A stretch of 61,472 bases of DNA, the filler included, from Jimgerdemannia flammicorona (taxonomy: Eukaryota), in the NCBI GenBank assembly GCA_003990765.1. It is 3 parts of 3 records of this genome, joined end to end, with 100 filler letters (N's around TTAATTAATTAA, not from the genome) between each part and the next. Parts side by side here need not be neighbours in the genome. Positions count along the whole stretch, not along the records: positions 20,533 to 40,953 come from RBNJ01001688.1; 2 more parts are not named here. One strand, given 5' to 3'. The notes beneath the pieces were generated by a model. It had not been told where the DNA came from and did not search any database. It worked only from the letters and a program-made list of their open reading frames with translations. The position numbers were made by a program, and so were the translations under genes. Below, in pieces: positions 23,931 to 37,559 of the stretch; positions within the stretch are counted from its first letter, which is position 1, and each line of letters opens with the position of its first letter.

Positions 23931-24392
23931 CTATTCAAACTCCCAAGCTTCAATGGTCTGTATGGTCTTGTATTGCGTGATTTGTTGCATCACTGTTTCC
24001 TAATGGTGTCGCCTGACTCGGTTGAAGTCTGAGGGAGTCACTCCTCGCAGGTGGGCTAGTGCTGATTCATCCTCTCAGAATAGCTTGTGGATTCTTTTGG
24101 CAATGGCGATCTGGGAATAGGAGAGCTGGTATTCTGCGATCCAATTTTCTTTGGTCATTTCTGGGTCTTGGTTAAGTACTTGGCCAAGTTTGAAGTACTC
24201 TTGGAATTCATTTCGATGCTGATAGGCCTTGAAGTGTGAGATCTGAGAGAGGTGAGTTTGCATGATGCTTTGGATACTGTCATAAGACTCCTCTATAGTT
24301 GGGGGCTCGGTGGTGCACCATTGTCTCTCGATGGCTCTTTGGGTAGCACTAGTAATCTTGAGTGCCATCGCAGTACTTTTGTTACTGGCCAT
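23931..24392 (-). pseudogene. Family B accessory ORF3 (153 aa) at the env position
   Basis: MASNKSTAMALKITS...AWEFE*. The start overlaps the integrase end (cATGgccagTAA). Two internal stops are transition-derived, and one reads TGG in copy 1. Confidence 0.85.
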
Positions 24393-27084
24393 GATATTTC
24401 TTGAGTCAGTTTTGATGAATGGTAGTGGGGATTATTGTGCCTGAGGGTTTTTGTAGCCAAAAGGTGGTTCCTTTTATATCTTACACAAGGTAAGATCCTT
24501 CCTACTTGGGCTCCAGTTTTTGTGACCATGAAGCTTCGACCATATTCTGATATACCAGGACTTTGTCTTCTATCTTGATAATCTCCAAGGGTTTGTGGTT
24601 CTTTTCCGCATTCCTCTATTATAGTGTCTGCACCTTCATTATGTAATTCTCAGCCTTCTTCCTGATTTGGTGTAGTCTCCATATTTCCATGTCTACATGT
24701 TTCCATACAGCATCTCCATTGGATGACAAGGTTCCCTGAGAACATTCTTCTCTGAACAGTATTTCTCGAGGAGTAAAGTGGGTACTTTGTGATCAGATAT
24801 CTCAGAGAGCAGATAATGCTATTAGTAGATAGTGATCCCAGTTCTTGTAGTTATCGCAGATCTTGGCAATAATGTTCTTGAGAGTTTTGTTGGTCCTTTC
24901 TACTTGTCCGTTTCTTTGAGGGTGATATGCTGTGGTCTGAATATACGGAATCTTATACTTTTTGTAGAGAACTTTGAAGAACTAGTTCACGAATTCGGTT
25001 CCTCTATCTGTAGTTACTTGTGTTGGGGTCTTGAACTGGCAGATGATTTCCTTGTGGAAGAAATCAGCGATTGACTGTGCATTGGCTTCCATAAGGGGTC
25101 CCGCTTCTATCCATTTTGTAAAGAGGTCTATGATGACAATGATGTATTGGTTGCCAGTCAAGGTCAAGGGTAGGGGGCCGATTACATCCATTGAAATGTG
25201 GGTGAATGGTACTAGTTCTATGTGTGCTGATCCTGGGGCTTGATTTTATTGATCTTGTTTCTATTTCTGGCATTTGTCGCAGGTCTTGACAAATTGTCTG
25301 ATATCTTCCTCCATCCCTGGCCACCATATTGTTCTTCTTGCCTTGTCATATGTATTCATTCCTCCTAGATGGCCAAGTTTGTATACTGATTTTATCGCTT
25401 GCTCCTTCTTGTGTTCTGGTATGACTAGTAGTTTTCCTTTCTTCAGTGTTTCTCCATCAGTTTTGAATTGTTTCCATGTTCTGTTGATAATCATTTGTGT
25501 CTATTCTTCCAGATGTTGGGGCATCTTTTGCTGTCCCAGGTATGTGATAATTCTGTAGTAGAGCTCCTTATTCATGGTGATTTTGTGGAGATGGGGTCCT
25601 TCGGGGTGTCTGTGAGAGGGCATCTGCATTGGCATTGGTTATTCCAGAGTGATGTATGATGGTTATATCATAAGCTTGCAACTTCATTATCCATCTGGCA
25701 TAGATTCCTTTTGGTTATCCAGTTGTCAGTAGTCAGGTGAGAGCTGAGTGGTCCGTTTGGATGGTGAAGTATCTTCTAGCCAAGTAGTAGTGAAACCTTT
25801 CTATGGCCCAGATGACTGTGAGGCATTCCAACTTATAGGATTCATATTCTTTTTCAGCTCCTTGGGTTCCATGGCTGAGGTATGCAATGACATACTCCAC
25901 TTTATCTTTCTTTTGAGCTAGGACTGCTCCTAGTCCTTGTGCACTTACATCAGTCTGTAGGATGAACTCTTGAGTCCAGTCAGGTCTTCTGAGGATGGGT
26001 GCCTGGGTCAGTCTGACCTTGAGTTCATCAAATGCTTTTTGTTGTTTGCTAGTCCACTGGAACTTGGTATCCTTCTTGTTAAGTTTGTAGATTGGTCCCA
26101 CAATATTAGAAATCTCTAATAAATCTGCAATAATAGGAGGTGAGTCCCATGAAGGCTTGGGCTTCCGTAACAGTAGTGGGTCTTGGGTATGCTGCCACTG
26201 CTTGTATCTTGAGGGGGTCCATGTGTGTTCCATCTCGGTTGATGATGTGGCGAGATAGGAGATCTCAATTTCTGCAAACTTGCACTTCTTGGGTTTAATA
26301 TAAAGGCCATTTTGTCTTAGTTTCTCCATTATCTGCAATATGTGCTGCAGATGTTCCTCAGGTGTCTTGCTGTAGATGATTACATCATCGACGTAGACCA
26401 TCATCCATCTTCCCATATCATAGCAGAAGATTTTGTTCATCATTCACTGGAAACTTGCTGGTGCATTGCACATTCCAAATGGCATTCATAGGTAGATGTA
26501 GGTTCTGTCTGGAGTGATGAAAGCTGACTTTTCACTTGCCATGTCTGTGAGTCCAATTTGGTGGAATCCTGAGTATAAGTCCAAGGTACTGTAGTACTGT
26601 ACTTTGTCTCCCAGTATTATGAGGATGTCATTGATGAGGGGCAGTGGTTGGCGATCCTTCTTGGTAACCATGTTGAGTTTTCTGTAGTCGACACAGAGTC
26701 TTGGGGCGAATTCTCCAGGCTTGCTACCTTTTTTCAGGGCTAGTACAACAGGTGAGGACCAGGGGCTGCTGGCTTCTTTAATGATGCCGGCTTCTTCCAT
26801 CTGCTTGATTTCTTCTCTGAGCCATTCTCAGTAGGCTGGCGGGACAGGTCTTGTCTTCTGATAAATTGGTTCAGTGTCTCCAGTATCTACTTCATGATAC
26901 ATAGTAGTGTGGGGTCTTTCCTTTGATATCCTTGAAATCTGTGGCAAGGACATCTTCAAATTTGTGAAGTATTTTCTTGAGTTCTTTCTTGAGTGGAAAT
27001 TCATTTCCAATGGTGTAGCTGTGCTTGCTTGTGTTTTCCTCCTTCTTATGCTCAAGTTTGGTGATCTTGGTGTTGGTGAATACT

Positions 27085-27500
27085 CCTCTTCCTATGGATC
27101 CAAATCCTTTCTTTCCTCTTCTTATTTCCTCCAGCTTCTTAACTTCTATGATCTTTGATTGTAGGATCAGAAAGATCAACATTTGTGCCAATCAGTCCTT
27201 CTTCTTGACTGGAAATGAGATTGTAGGATTGTGATTCCTAGTAATGAGTAGTATTTCTCTGGTGTAGTCTGAATCAATGACTCCTCCTTCGATTGTATTT
27301 TCACTTCTAGCCAGGCTACTTCTTGTCTTGAGAATCCTGATATAATCCTTTGGGATGGTCATCTCCAGTCCAGTTGTAAGTAGGGTGGTTGTCTGGGGTT
27401 CCAGTACAGTCTCTTCTACTATAGTGATGTCCATTCCGGCTGCATTTTCCGACTTGTATTCTGGCAAGACTGCATCAGGGTGGATCTTTCGAATCTTGAC
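27085..27500 (-). pseudogene. dUTPase domain of family B, between protease and RT
   Basis: AAGMDI, TGLEMTIP, RSSLA, GGVIDSDYTREI, AQMLI and RGKKGFGS. Confidence 0.93.
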
Positions 27501-30419
27501 CTTGATTTCTTCTTCATCATCACTGTCCTCCAGGAGGGCTGGTGGTTTGTTATCTTCCTCCTTCTTGTCTTTCCTGATCTGTTTTTCGAGAGCTTTCCAC
27601 CTTCTTGCCTGGTGGATCTTCCTGATTCCGATGGTGCACTGGTAGCAATCATTGACATGCTCCATACAGTACATCCTGATCCCATGAGGACAGACTCCTT
27701 GTAGTGCATAGCCTTCTGCCATCTTCTTGCACCATTCTTTTTCACTCATCCATCCAACTTTCTTCTTCTTTGGAGTAGTTACCATATAAGCTTCCTCTTG
27801 CTCACTCTCTTCTTCCTCTATGTCGGGCAGGACTCCTTTGTTGACATTGATGGGAATTCATATCTTCTGTCCCTGGTACGTGATCTGCATCTTCTGGGCA
27901 TTGAGATCAATTACTGCCTTGGCTTTGTGAAGCCATTGATTGCTAATGAGAATATCATAGTTGGTGGCATTGGTTACGATTACATCTAGTGGGATGGTTG
28001 CTCCTCCAATCTTGATGGGAACATCTCGGATCTTTCCCAGAGGTGTAGCTCTTGTGCCATTGGCTGTGATGAACACCAGCTTAGTTGGTTCTTCCACATC
28101 CCAACCTAGGCAGTCTGCTGCCTTCTTGCTGAGAAGACATCCTCCTGCTCCCATATCAATGATGGCCTCAAAGATTCTATCTTCGATTTGGCATATTGCA
28201 TAGGCAGAGGTTTTGTGATTGTCCTCACTTTCTTCTCCTGAGTCCTCTTGAGCATTATTGGCCTCAGTTATCTTCCATCCTTATTCCTTCATTGTTTCTG
28301 CAAGTCCAAACCTCATTTGCTATCTGAATGTTAGGATTTCTACAAGCTGACCAAAGGTTGCATTGACCTTTTGTTGACTGAGGTCCTTGAAGATATCATA
28401 CTTGAAGGTCTTGGTCTTGCAAAGCTTCTTTTATTTTTCTCCTTCACTGGCTAGAGTGGTTCCTCGGATAATATCTTGAACTGCTTGTTCCAGCTCTATA
28501 TCTTGGTCCATCTCTTCAGTTTGGCTTTTGGTGACCGTTTCTATCTGCTTTTCTACTGGGTTCTTCTTGGGTCTTCCTGGTGGTCTCTTGTAGGGTTCTT
28601 TGCAAGCATCCTTTTTGGTGGTCTGAGCAGGATAGGCCCCCCATTCTTCTTCATCAGAATCTCCAATCTCTTCAAAGGTAATTGTATTGGCCTACTCCTT
28701 GTTTCATGTGGCATTGCTTGGTTGAGCCTTGCACTTGGTTTCACTCATGTATTCATAGGAGTAGTGGCCTTCTTCTCCACAAGTATAGCAGGTACCTTTC
28801 TTCTTGTCTGAGGTGGCGGCAAACTTCTGGACAGGGCAGCAGTCTCTTCATCAAATTTCCTTTACCATATCTCCCAGGTGGGCAGTTATTTCAGCAAACC
28901 TTTTGGCAAGTTCCTCCATAAGGTCACTGTTCTTTTGCTGCTCTGTTGCTTTTGGCTGAGGTGTGTTTCGATTGATCATTATGGTAGGGATCACACTGAT
29001 TGCCTTGGGTGCCTCAATTCTGACTCCTGTGACCCTTTCCATTGTATGGTCTTGTGGATGTCTGGCTATCCAGTATCACTGAGCATAGGTGACCTTTTGT
29101 AGCAGATCCAGAATCACTAGTGATGAGCAGATGGCCATGGCTATTTCTGGATGGACTCCTTTTATGAAGGTTGCTTCGGCTACTTGATCTCAGATAGCAG
29201 CAGCATAATCTGTAAGGATTATCTGATATTGAATTCTGGTATAGAATGTGTTTGGATCCTCACTTATTTCTTGGCATGTTGTATTGAGCTGATCCTTCAG
29301 AGCTTGCTTGATCTCATCTGTATAATATGTATTTCAGAGCCAGGTCTTCTGTGCTGTCAGTATAGCATCAGCATCATTTCTTACATGGGTTGTGGCTGTG
29401 AATACTGCTCTGGCAGGGCCTCGTAGGCTGAAGGGCATGAGGGCTACTTGCTGTGCTGCTGTCAGGGTTCTTACAGCGGCATACTGCTTGAAATTATCAA
29501 TGAAGGTGATGATTGATTCATCTGAGGTATATCCATGGAATACTGGTGGTCTCATATCCATCTTATCTGGGTATTGGGGCTTGGTTTGGGTAGTGGCAGT
29601 TGTTCGTTGTTCAGCTTGAAAGTGAGGGATTTGTCTTGAATCACTAGCCAATGGGCACAAGTTGTAACATAGCGGATGCTTACTCTTGAAAGTATGTCAG
29701 ATTTCTATATCTTGAAAACTTGACAGTTCTGACTCTTGCAGAGTCTCTTGAAGTTGCAGGGGAGGGTGGGTGAGTTTGAAGTATATCTGCCCATAGGCTT
29801 ACTAGTTCCTTTGCTATCTCTTTGCTTTGAACTATTTCGATCTGAGGTTTATTCACTTGAAGATACTGGATTATTTATACAAGTTTGCTAGCTATGAGAT
29901 GGTTACTGGGTTATGTGGCTAAGTTATGAGTTATTTAACACTTTGTGAAATGTTTCGCCAGTTGCGAAATGCTATACTATATCAGGAAGCTCGATCTTGC
30001 ACTTTGTGAAATATTTAGCAAGTTGCAAAATCGAGGACTGTTAACTATGTGGCTATACTACTTTGGGACTGGGTGTAATCAAGTGTCTATTCCCTATTTC
30101 CTTCTTCCGAATCTGGCTATACCATCACAATATTTAGAAAAGAATTATTTATTTATACAGGTGATATAGTATTTTACATGAAATACTTAAATTTAGATAA
30201 TAGTATAAATCACTCACTATACTCCTCCAAAGACCTAATTAAGTGCAAACCTCCATCCTGGCAAAATCAGTCACCTTTATTAGGTGGGTTTTACATATAT
30301 TTTAATATATTTATTTATATAAACAATAATTTTTTTTAATTGAATATATCAACAAAACACTAGTATTATATTGTTTAAGCTCTAAGAACTATTAATATCA
30401 AGAAAGAAGTACTATATAA

Positions 30420-31390
30420 ATAAATAGAACCAGAGAAACCAGCCTTCAGAGAACTCAAATACTATATAATTACAGCACCAGTCCTTGTACAACCCAACTT
30501 GCAGAAACCATTTTTCTTATATACAGATACCTTTAAAGATAATCTTAGAGCAGTATTAGCTCCAGAAGGATCTGATCAACAATACTATATAGTGCTCCTA
30601 ATGAGTCAATTTAATCTGGATTGGATTCGGATTGATTCAGATTGAATCTCATCTGGATCAACTTGGATGGGATTCAAATCTCATCTAGATAGATTCAAAT
30701 CAACCATTGTTTGATTTGCGAATATGACAAATAAATGTTTACATTAATAACTCAATGAATAATCATCCAAATTTGATGATCTTGGCATCATTTGAATACC
30801 CTTGATAAGGCCTATCTAATGATTCTAATAACATTGAAATCAGATCATGTATCACTGAGTTATGAAGGAAAATGTCTGAATTACTGATTTTGAAAATTTT
30901 GTCAAATAGAACATTTTCCTTAATATCCTTGCAACATGTTATCCAATTTTAATGTTCTTGGTATCATTAGAAAGGTCTTATTAAGGGCTTTCAAATGACA
31001 CCAAGATAATCAATTATGGACGATTATTCATTGATTTATTAATGTAAACATTAAATTATCTAATTTGGAAATCTAAACAATGGGACTCATTTGGAGCACT
31101 AGTACTATGTGATATCTTATACAAGCCAAGCTACTAATTAGCAGTAAGCTAACTAGGGCAACACCAAATTAGAATACCTTGTAGTTATATAAGAAGTCAT
31201 ACTATTCAAGCACTATCTTATTAGAAAAAGATTCACTTTGATAACTGATCATATTACCCTCAAATGGCTATTTAACTACAAGAAATTTACTGGAATTCTT
31301 ATCTACTAGATCCTTATCCTACAGGATTACAAAATCAATATTATTAATAAAGCAGAAAAAGCTTACAACAATATTGATATATATACTTTA
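30420..31390 (+). pseudogene. Old Gypsy RNase H remnant split by a MITE
   Basis: AFRELK..ITAPVLVQPNLQKPFFLYTD.F...AVL | VISYTSQ...KLEYLVVI...FKHYL...FTLITDH. Confidence 0.8.
30590..31101. mobile_element. hAT-type MITE (512 bp) with a long internal palindrome
   Basis: TIR TAGTGCTCC(T/A)AATGAGTC. 8-bp TSD ATACTATA/GTACTATG (two G>A changes). Removing it restores the RNase H reading. Confidence 0.85.
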
Positions 31391-32849
31391 CTACTAATCT
31401 TAATAAACTAGAAGAAGGTTATACTAAAGAACTATACTCTAAAAGAAGTTTCAATACATATTCATCAAAGTATAGGACCTCATTTAATAAGAATATCAGA
31501 AGGCTTATTAAGGAAAAACAAATATAAAAGAATAGTTATGAATAATATAGAATATAAAGGACTTATAACTAAATTATTTTCAAATTTATAATTACATATA
31601 TTATAAAAGAGAAAGCTCTGAAATTATATGTAACAGCTCTCTATCTTTTATTCTATAGAATCTTTTTCTTTAGTTTAGTAATAAAAACTTGAGAAAGAGG
31701 TTATCAAATTTTATATATTTTAATAAGAAATCTACTTAAATTATTATAGTTTGAGTGGCTTAGTATAATGTATACAACTTCTAAGTAAAGCTATCAAACT
31801 ACTGTTTGAATACCTTGCTCTATAAAGTATGCTAAGTAATAATAAACAGTACAAGAAGTAGGGCTGAAGAGAAAGATATAAATATATATATTATCATCAA
31901 TCAGTTTTGAAAAGTAGAAGATTCAGAATTTGAAAGTTAAGCAAAAACATTAACTAAAGAGAAGAAAGATAAAAGTGATAGCTTTACTTATGAATATCAG
32001 CATATGTAAGAAGAAATAGCAGAAGAGGATACTGTATACATATAATTAAGTAGATAGATAAGGAGGGAACTGAGCTAATGATCAAATTTGAAGAGAAACT
32101 TCAAGATATCTTAATATTTAACAAAAAATATCACATAACCTAGAAATGAGAGAATAATTGCAAATATAAACTGATGGATAAATAAAAAGAAAAACCTCAG
32201 AATACTTTTAAAACTATATATAATAAAAGTTAGATTGAATATTAACTAAAAGGAGAGAGAGGAGAATTTTTATATATATAATAGTAAATATAGATGGTTT
32301 GGAGAGATATAGAAGATATAAGAGAGTGAAGATATAAAGCTTATTGAAAGAGATATAGTTAATACTACAAATTATAATATTTTTCAAGTCTCTCTCAGAA
32401 CTACTACCTATCTATAATGATGAATTTGTAGAGAAATTCAAGAATATTCAGAAACTCATATGAGAGTTGAACTAGACTGAGTAATTACTATCTTTGATCA
32501 ATATCTAAAAGATCACAAGAATCTCTCTTTGAGAATAGTCAACTGTCTCATCTATCTCAGAAGCTATATAACTCTTCAGTAAAGTAAGTGTGATACATTA
32601 GATATCAGTAAGCTTATTGCTGAAATATTAGGCTGAGATTTATACTATATACTATTTTTTGAGTATATATGAAGAATATTATTAATAATAGACTTATTCT
32701 CATTTTTAAGTAGAGAAAATATTTCAAAGTTAAGAGCCTTTTAGAAAATAAGAATATCAAGCTTGCTGTTACAATATATCTGAGAGAGTACAAGTTATAG
32801 TAATCTCTATAAAGCTAAAAGAAGTACTTAGAAAAGAAGGTCTTTTCTA

Positions 32850-33941
32850 CTCTCAGTATATTGGTAAAGCTCATTAAAATCTATAAGAAGATAGTTTAAA
32901 AGTGAATGATGAAGAAGAGTTAGATCTATATATACTATATATAAGAAGAGTATCTATATCAATAATTATAAATATGTAGATATTATGTATAATCTACTAT
33001 AAAAAATGCCTTGAAGAGATACAAAGTTCAAGAAGACTATAATAGAGTATAACAATATTATCTTAGAGTCTCTTGAGAATACTAACATTAAAAATGATAT
33101 ACTATAGTAGTATATTTTAGAAATGTATGATAAATTAATTTTCTATATTAATAATAATAAAAAATATAGCTGAGTACTCAAGAAAGATTAAACTATTAAG
33201 AAGAAAGACTATAAAAAAGGTCTTATAATTAGTAATTTTCTGCTTAATACAGTTAGTTAACTTATAGTATTAGAGAATATATATATAGTAATTAAAAGGA
33301 ATATAATAGCATGAAAGGATATTGAATAGGTAAGTATATAATAAAGCAATGAATTAAAAATTTATTTGTTTTCTCAGAAGTTGGAATTTAATCTTATATT
33401 TCTCATTTAATAGCTTAAGGAAATAGCCATTCCTATTTTTGAGATGATTTACCCTAGTTATATTACTATCTTTGTATTTGACAAAAGCTTTAACTACTTA
33501 GTCTTTACTACTAATAAACTTCTTGCCTATAAAATTTACCTCTCTTTTAATGAGAAATAATCATATATATATTCTAGGAGATTTAATAGAGTCTCTCAAT
33601 TCATTACATTTCCTGATGACTATCCAAACAAAAACCTTCAAGAACAACCCAAGGACCTTGAGATAGTACTCCTAAAATGAGATCTTTGGTTAGAGAAAGA
33701 GTTGAGGACTCAGTATAAGAATGGTAATAATGATAATATTACTATCAGTTATGTAGAAAAGGTCATATCTCTTCCAGAGAACTTCTATGTTCAGAAGTCT
33801 CTTATCACTAAGATTATCAAGGCAGCAAATCATAAGTATATATTCTATCCAAAGTTTTATTATAAGCTAAATTATATTAATTACCTCTGAAAGTAATTAA
33901 GTATTTTATCTGAGAGAACTACAACTATATACACTTAGGAG
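32850..33941 (+). pseudogene. Highly decayed IS630/Tc1-mariner-like transposase, interrupted by hAT and continuing at ~38555-38620
   Basis: IFVFDKS..L and IFYPKFYYKLNYINYL..K...ENYNY resemble the fungal FDNS..H / F.PKFHCELNFIE.FW..KRY.RENC.Y pattern. Extremely AT-shifted. Confidence 0.55.
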
Positions 33942-34593
33942 TAGTGCTTGCAAAAACTGAATCAAGTCAAATTGACTTTCAATTTAATTTGATACAAACT
34001 GAATCAAGATACAATTCAATTCAACTTTCATTTGATTCAACTTTCATTTAGTTTGGCTTTTGTTTGATTTGTTTCAGCTTACATTCAATTTCACCTTCAT
34101 TCAATTCAACTTTAATTCAATTCAACTTTCATTCAATTTGACTTTCATTCAATTCAACTTTCATTCAGTTTGGTTTTTTTTTGATTTGATTCAGCTTTGA
34201 TTTGACTTTCATTCAGTTTGACATGAGCCATGTGACTTTCAGAATTATATGCTTTAAGAATACCTGAATTGAATCAATTCAAGTTGATTTGATTTGATTC
34301 CAAACCTGAGTGGAATTGATTCAATTTGATTTCAAACCTGAGTTGAATTGATTTGATTCAGTTCTAAACCTGAATTAAATTAATTCGAATCAGTTCAAAA
34401 CCTAAATTGAATTGATTTGATTCAGTTTACATGCTATTCACACACTATATTACTTACAATAAATATTCTCTTCCAACACATTAACCATATCAGAGGAACT
34501 GTTTTCACTACTACTACTACTTATAGAAGATACTAGAGCAGCCTTGGTGTCAGTAGATATAACTTCAACAAGTGCAAGTTACAATAAACTAGT

Positions 34594-34834
34594 ATGGAGA
34601 GAAGAAAAGAAAAAGGAAAAGAAAAATCACATGAATGCTCTGAGATCTGGAAAGAATTTATAAAGATAGACAAAAATGGTAAAACTAGAGTGAAATGCAA
34701 TCACTGTTCAGTAATATATAAATTTGTAGATAGTTCAACAACAAATATGTGGGACCATTTTACTCAAAGCCATAAAGTTAAACAAGTAGGAGCAATGGAT
34801 TAATTTCTTTTATAAATATTATTAATTCACTTTA

Positions 34835-34882
<48 letters not shown>

Positions 34883-37000
34883 CTATTTTATTCATTATTA
34901 CTTAAAATTTTCTTATTATAATAATAACCAAAATTCAATGCACAATTATTTCAAGAGAAGCTTATTCACTGGATTATTCAGGATAATCAGCCTTTCACAG
35001 TTGTTGAGAATTCAGAACTGAGAGATATTTTTTACCTTTTGAAACTGGATATTACTATTCCTTCTGCTGGAATGATACAAAATGAAATCAGATCAACTTT
35101 TGAACAAAGTTGAAATGCCATCAAAATTAAACTACAGATAAATCTTAATAGTTTGAAATAATCTGAATTTAATTTAATTCAAATAATCTGAATCTCATTT
35201 AATTCATTGGAAACTAGAAGTTACCAGGTTGAATATCCTTCACTCTTGATATATACATGGACATTGTCAGATATGTATACATTTCTTGGAATTAATGCAT
35301 ATTAGATCTGTCAGGATTTGTGACTCAATTCTATGTTGATTGATTTTATTGAGCTGTCAGGATCTCACTCAGGTGAAAATCTTGCTAATATCTTCTTAAA
35401 GTGTATTAAAGACTTTCACATAGACAAAGGTATATATTTTTCAAAAAGAGTATTTTCATACTTTTGGATTATTGTTTGATATTTAAAAATTGTTTTACAT
35501 TTCGAATTATTTACTCTAGGTATTGGCTATAATAGATAATACAACCAATAATAATGTTTTATTTCGAAAAATTCATGAGGAGTTTGATTATATCAGTCTA
35601 AACCATCCATCAATACAACATGTACAATATATGGCTCATATCATTAATCTAGCTGTTCAGGCTTTTTTAACCTGTCTGAAGGCTGATCAAAATACTGTTG
35701 ATATAACTAAGGGTGGAGAAATTTCAAAACTTTGAATGATCATTATGAAAATTCAATCATCTTTACTATATTAAGAGGAATTTGTTAAGAAGTGCAAAAT
35801 ATTCGGACTCAAACCAAAAGAACTTATTTTAGATGTCAAAACTTGATGGAATTCAACACATTCTATGATTGAGTAGGCCTTAGAATTTTCAGATGTAAGT
35901 CTTTTATTCATTTTTTAAATTCAATTGAAAATTTGATTCAAAATTCAATTCAAATAATCTAATAAATTTATTTTCTAATATATAGCCTTTATTGGCAACT
36001 GTTATTACAGATAAAGACTTAAGAAAATATGCTATTGGGAGCCATACTTGGGAAATATTAAAAGACACTGTGGAAATTCTAAAAAGCTTCAAAATGGCAA
36101 CAGATCTTGCTACTTGAGGAAAATATCCAACAATCTATTCTACTATTCTGATTTACAATTTCTTACTCAATATGTTGGAAAAGCATGATATGAAGATTCG
36201 ATAAACTACAGATAAGTAATCAAATACTATAGGAGAGCAATTGAATACTACTGGAGAGCAATTGAATACTATTTATCTGGCACTAATAGTGGCTATTGAT
36301 AAGTTAAAAATATATTATTCAAAAACAGATATTTCAACTTATTATATTAGTACTAGTAAGTAAAATTTTATAACTTGAGAACTATAATTTTACATTTCAA
36401 ATTTTTATATTTTCAATTTATTTTTCTTTGAATATACCAGTACTTGACCACAGACTTAAACTATCATATTATACATCTCATGAATAAGAGTCTGAATGGG
36501 TTGAGGCTGGCAAGAGAGCTACTTATATAACTTATAATGAAACCTACACCTCTCTCCCAGAATCAGTTTATCAAGAATGGTCTAATATGTAGATACTGAA
36601 ATCGATGATATTGATACTACATTATAATAATATATATTCAACAAAAGACAAAAACTGACAACAAACTCTGAGCACAAGATAGATATTTATTTGAAAAGTG
36701 AAATTGTTGAATATCTGACAAGAATTGATATATTATCTTGGTGGCAAGTAAGTTGAGACTTTAATTCAAATTGTATTTAAATCGAATCATAATTAATTCA
36801 AATCAAAATATATTCAAAAACATTAGAGCCATATTGGAGATTTCTCAATTCTTGTGAAAATGGTATAAGACTATTTAGCTATTCCAGCAACAAGTGCTCC
36901 AATTGAGAGAATCTTTTCTAATGATAGGGATTTTATATCACTTAAAAGAGATGCTTTAAAACTAGAAACAATTTAAGAATGTATGTATTTAAAGGTATAG
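34594..37000 (+). pseudogene. Intron-containing hAT transposase (zf-BED, DDE, dimerization domain)
   Basis: IWKEF..KCNHC..STTNMWDH (BED), WIIQDNQPFTVVEN, GSHSGENLA, MAHIINLAVQ, LDVKT(R)WNST, DILSWW and LAIPATSAPIERIFS, separated by AT-rich intron-like segments. Confidence 0.9.
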
Positions 37001-37559
37001 CAATCAGCCTAGTGCTAGCCAACCCCAAATTCCTAAAATATAACTATTTTTATATAATTAAATTAAAATACTTATCATAAAATCCCTTTGATATGGTACT
37101 TTGAAAGCAGGCATTTGAAAGCTTAAGATATTGCAGGTGCTTTAAAAGTAAGTGCTTCAAAAGCTTAAGATATAATGAGTACTTTGAAAGTGAGATGGAT
37201 ATCATTAGGGTGGATACTTTGAAAGCAGGGCAGATATCATCAGGGTACTATAGATGTGGTCATGGGTCATGGAAATCATGATGAGAGTTATATTGGAAAC
37301 AGAAAGCTTAAGATATGGCAAGTGCTTCAAAAGTGAGTAATTCAAAAGCTTAAGATATAGTAGAGGTAGGTGCTTCAAAAGCATGAATGCTTTGTGAAAG
37401 TGGATACTTCAAAAGCTTAAGATATGGTGGGCACTCTAATCTAAAATATATAAATAGGTACTTCTGATGTAAAAATTTCTATAATAAAAAAATAAAATAA
37501 AATCCTCTTTCTCTCCCTACATCAATCTTCATATACTTATTAAAGATCTTACCAGAGCA

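Larger units (their letters stand above)
23427..30129 (-). mobile_element. Full-length Ty3/Gypsy family B copy 2 (6.7 kb): gag-CCHC-PR-CPHG-dUTPase-RT-RH-IN-ORF3, no chromodomain
   Basis: 467-bp LTRs at 23427-23893 and 29663-30129; 4-bp TSD ATAT (23423-23426, 30130-30133). Motifs CYTCGEEGH (~28790), AIIDMGA (~28160), RLCVDYRKLN, VYVDDVII, QTDVSAQGLGAVL and MDVIGPLP. Confidence 0.97.

Noticed and set aside
23931..24392. env gene / true endogenous retrovirus
   Set aside because: Only 153 aa, with no signal peptide or transmembrane helix.
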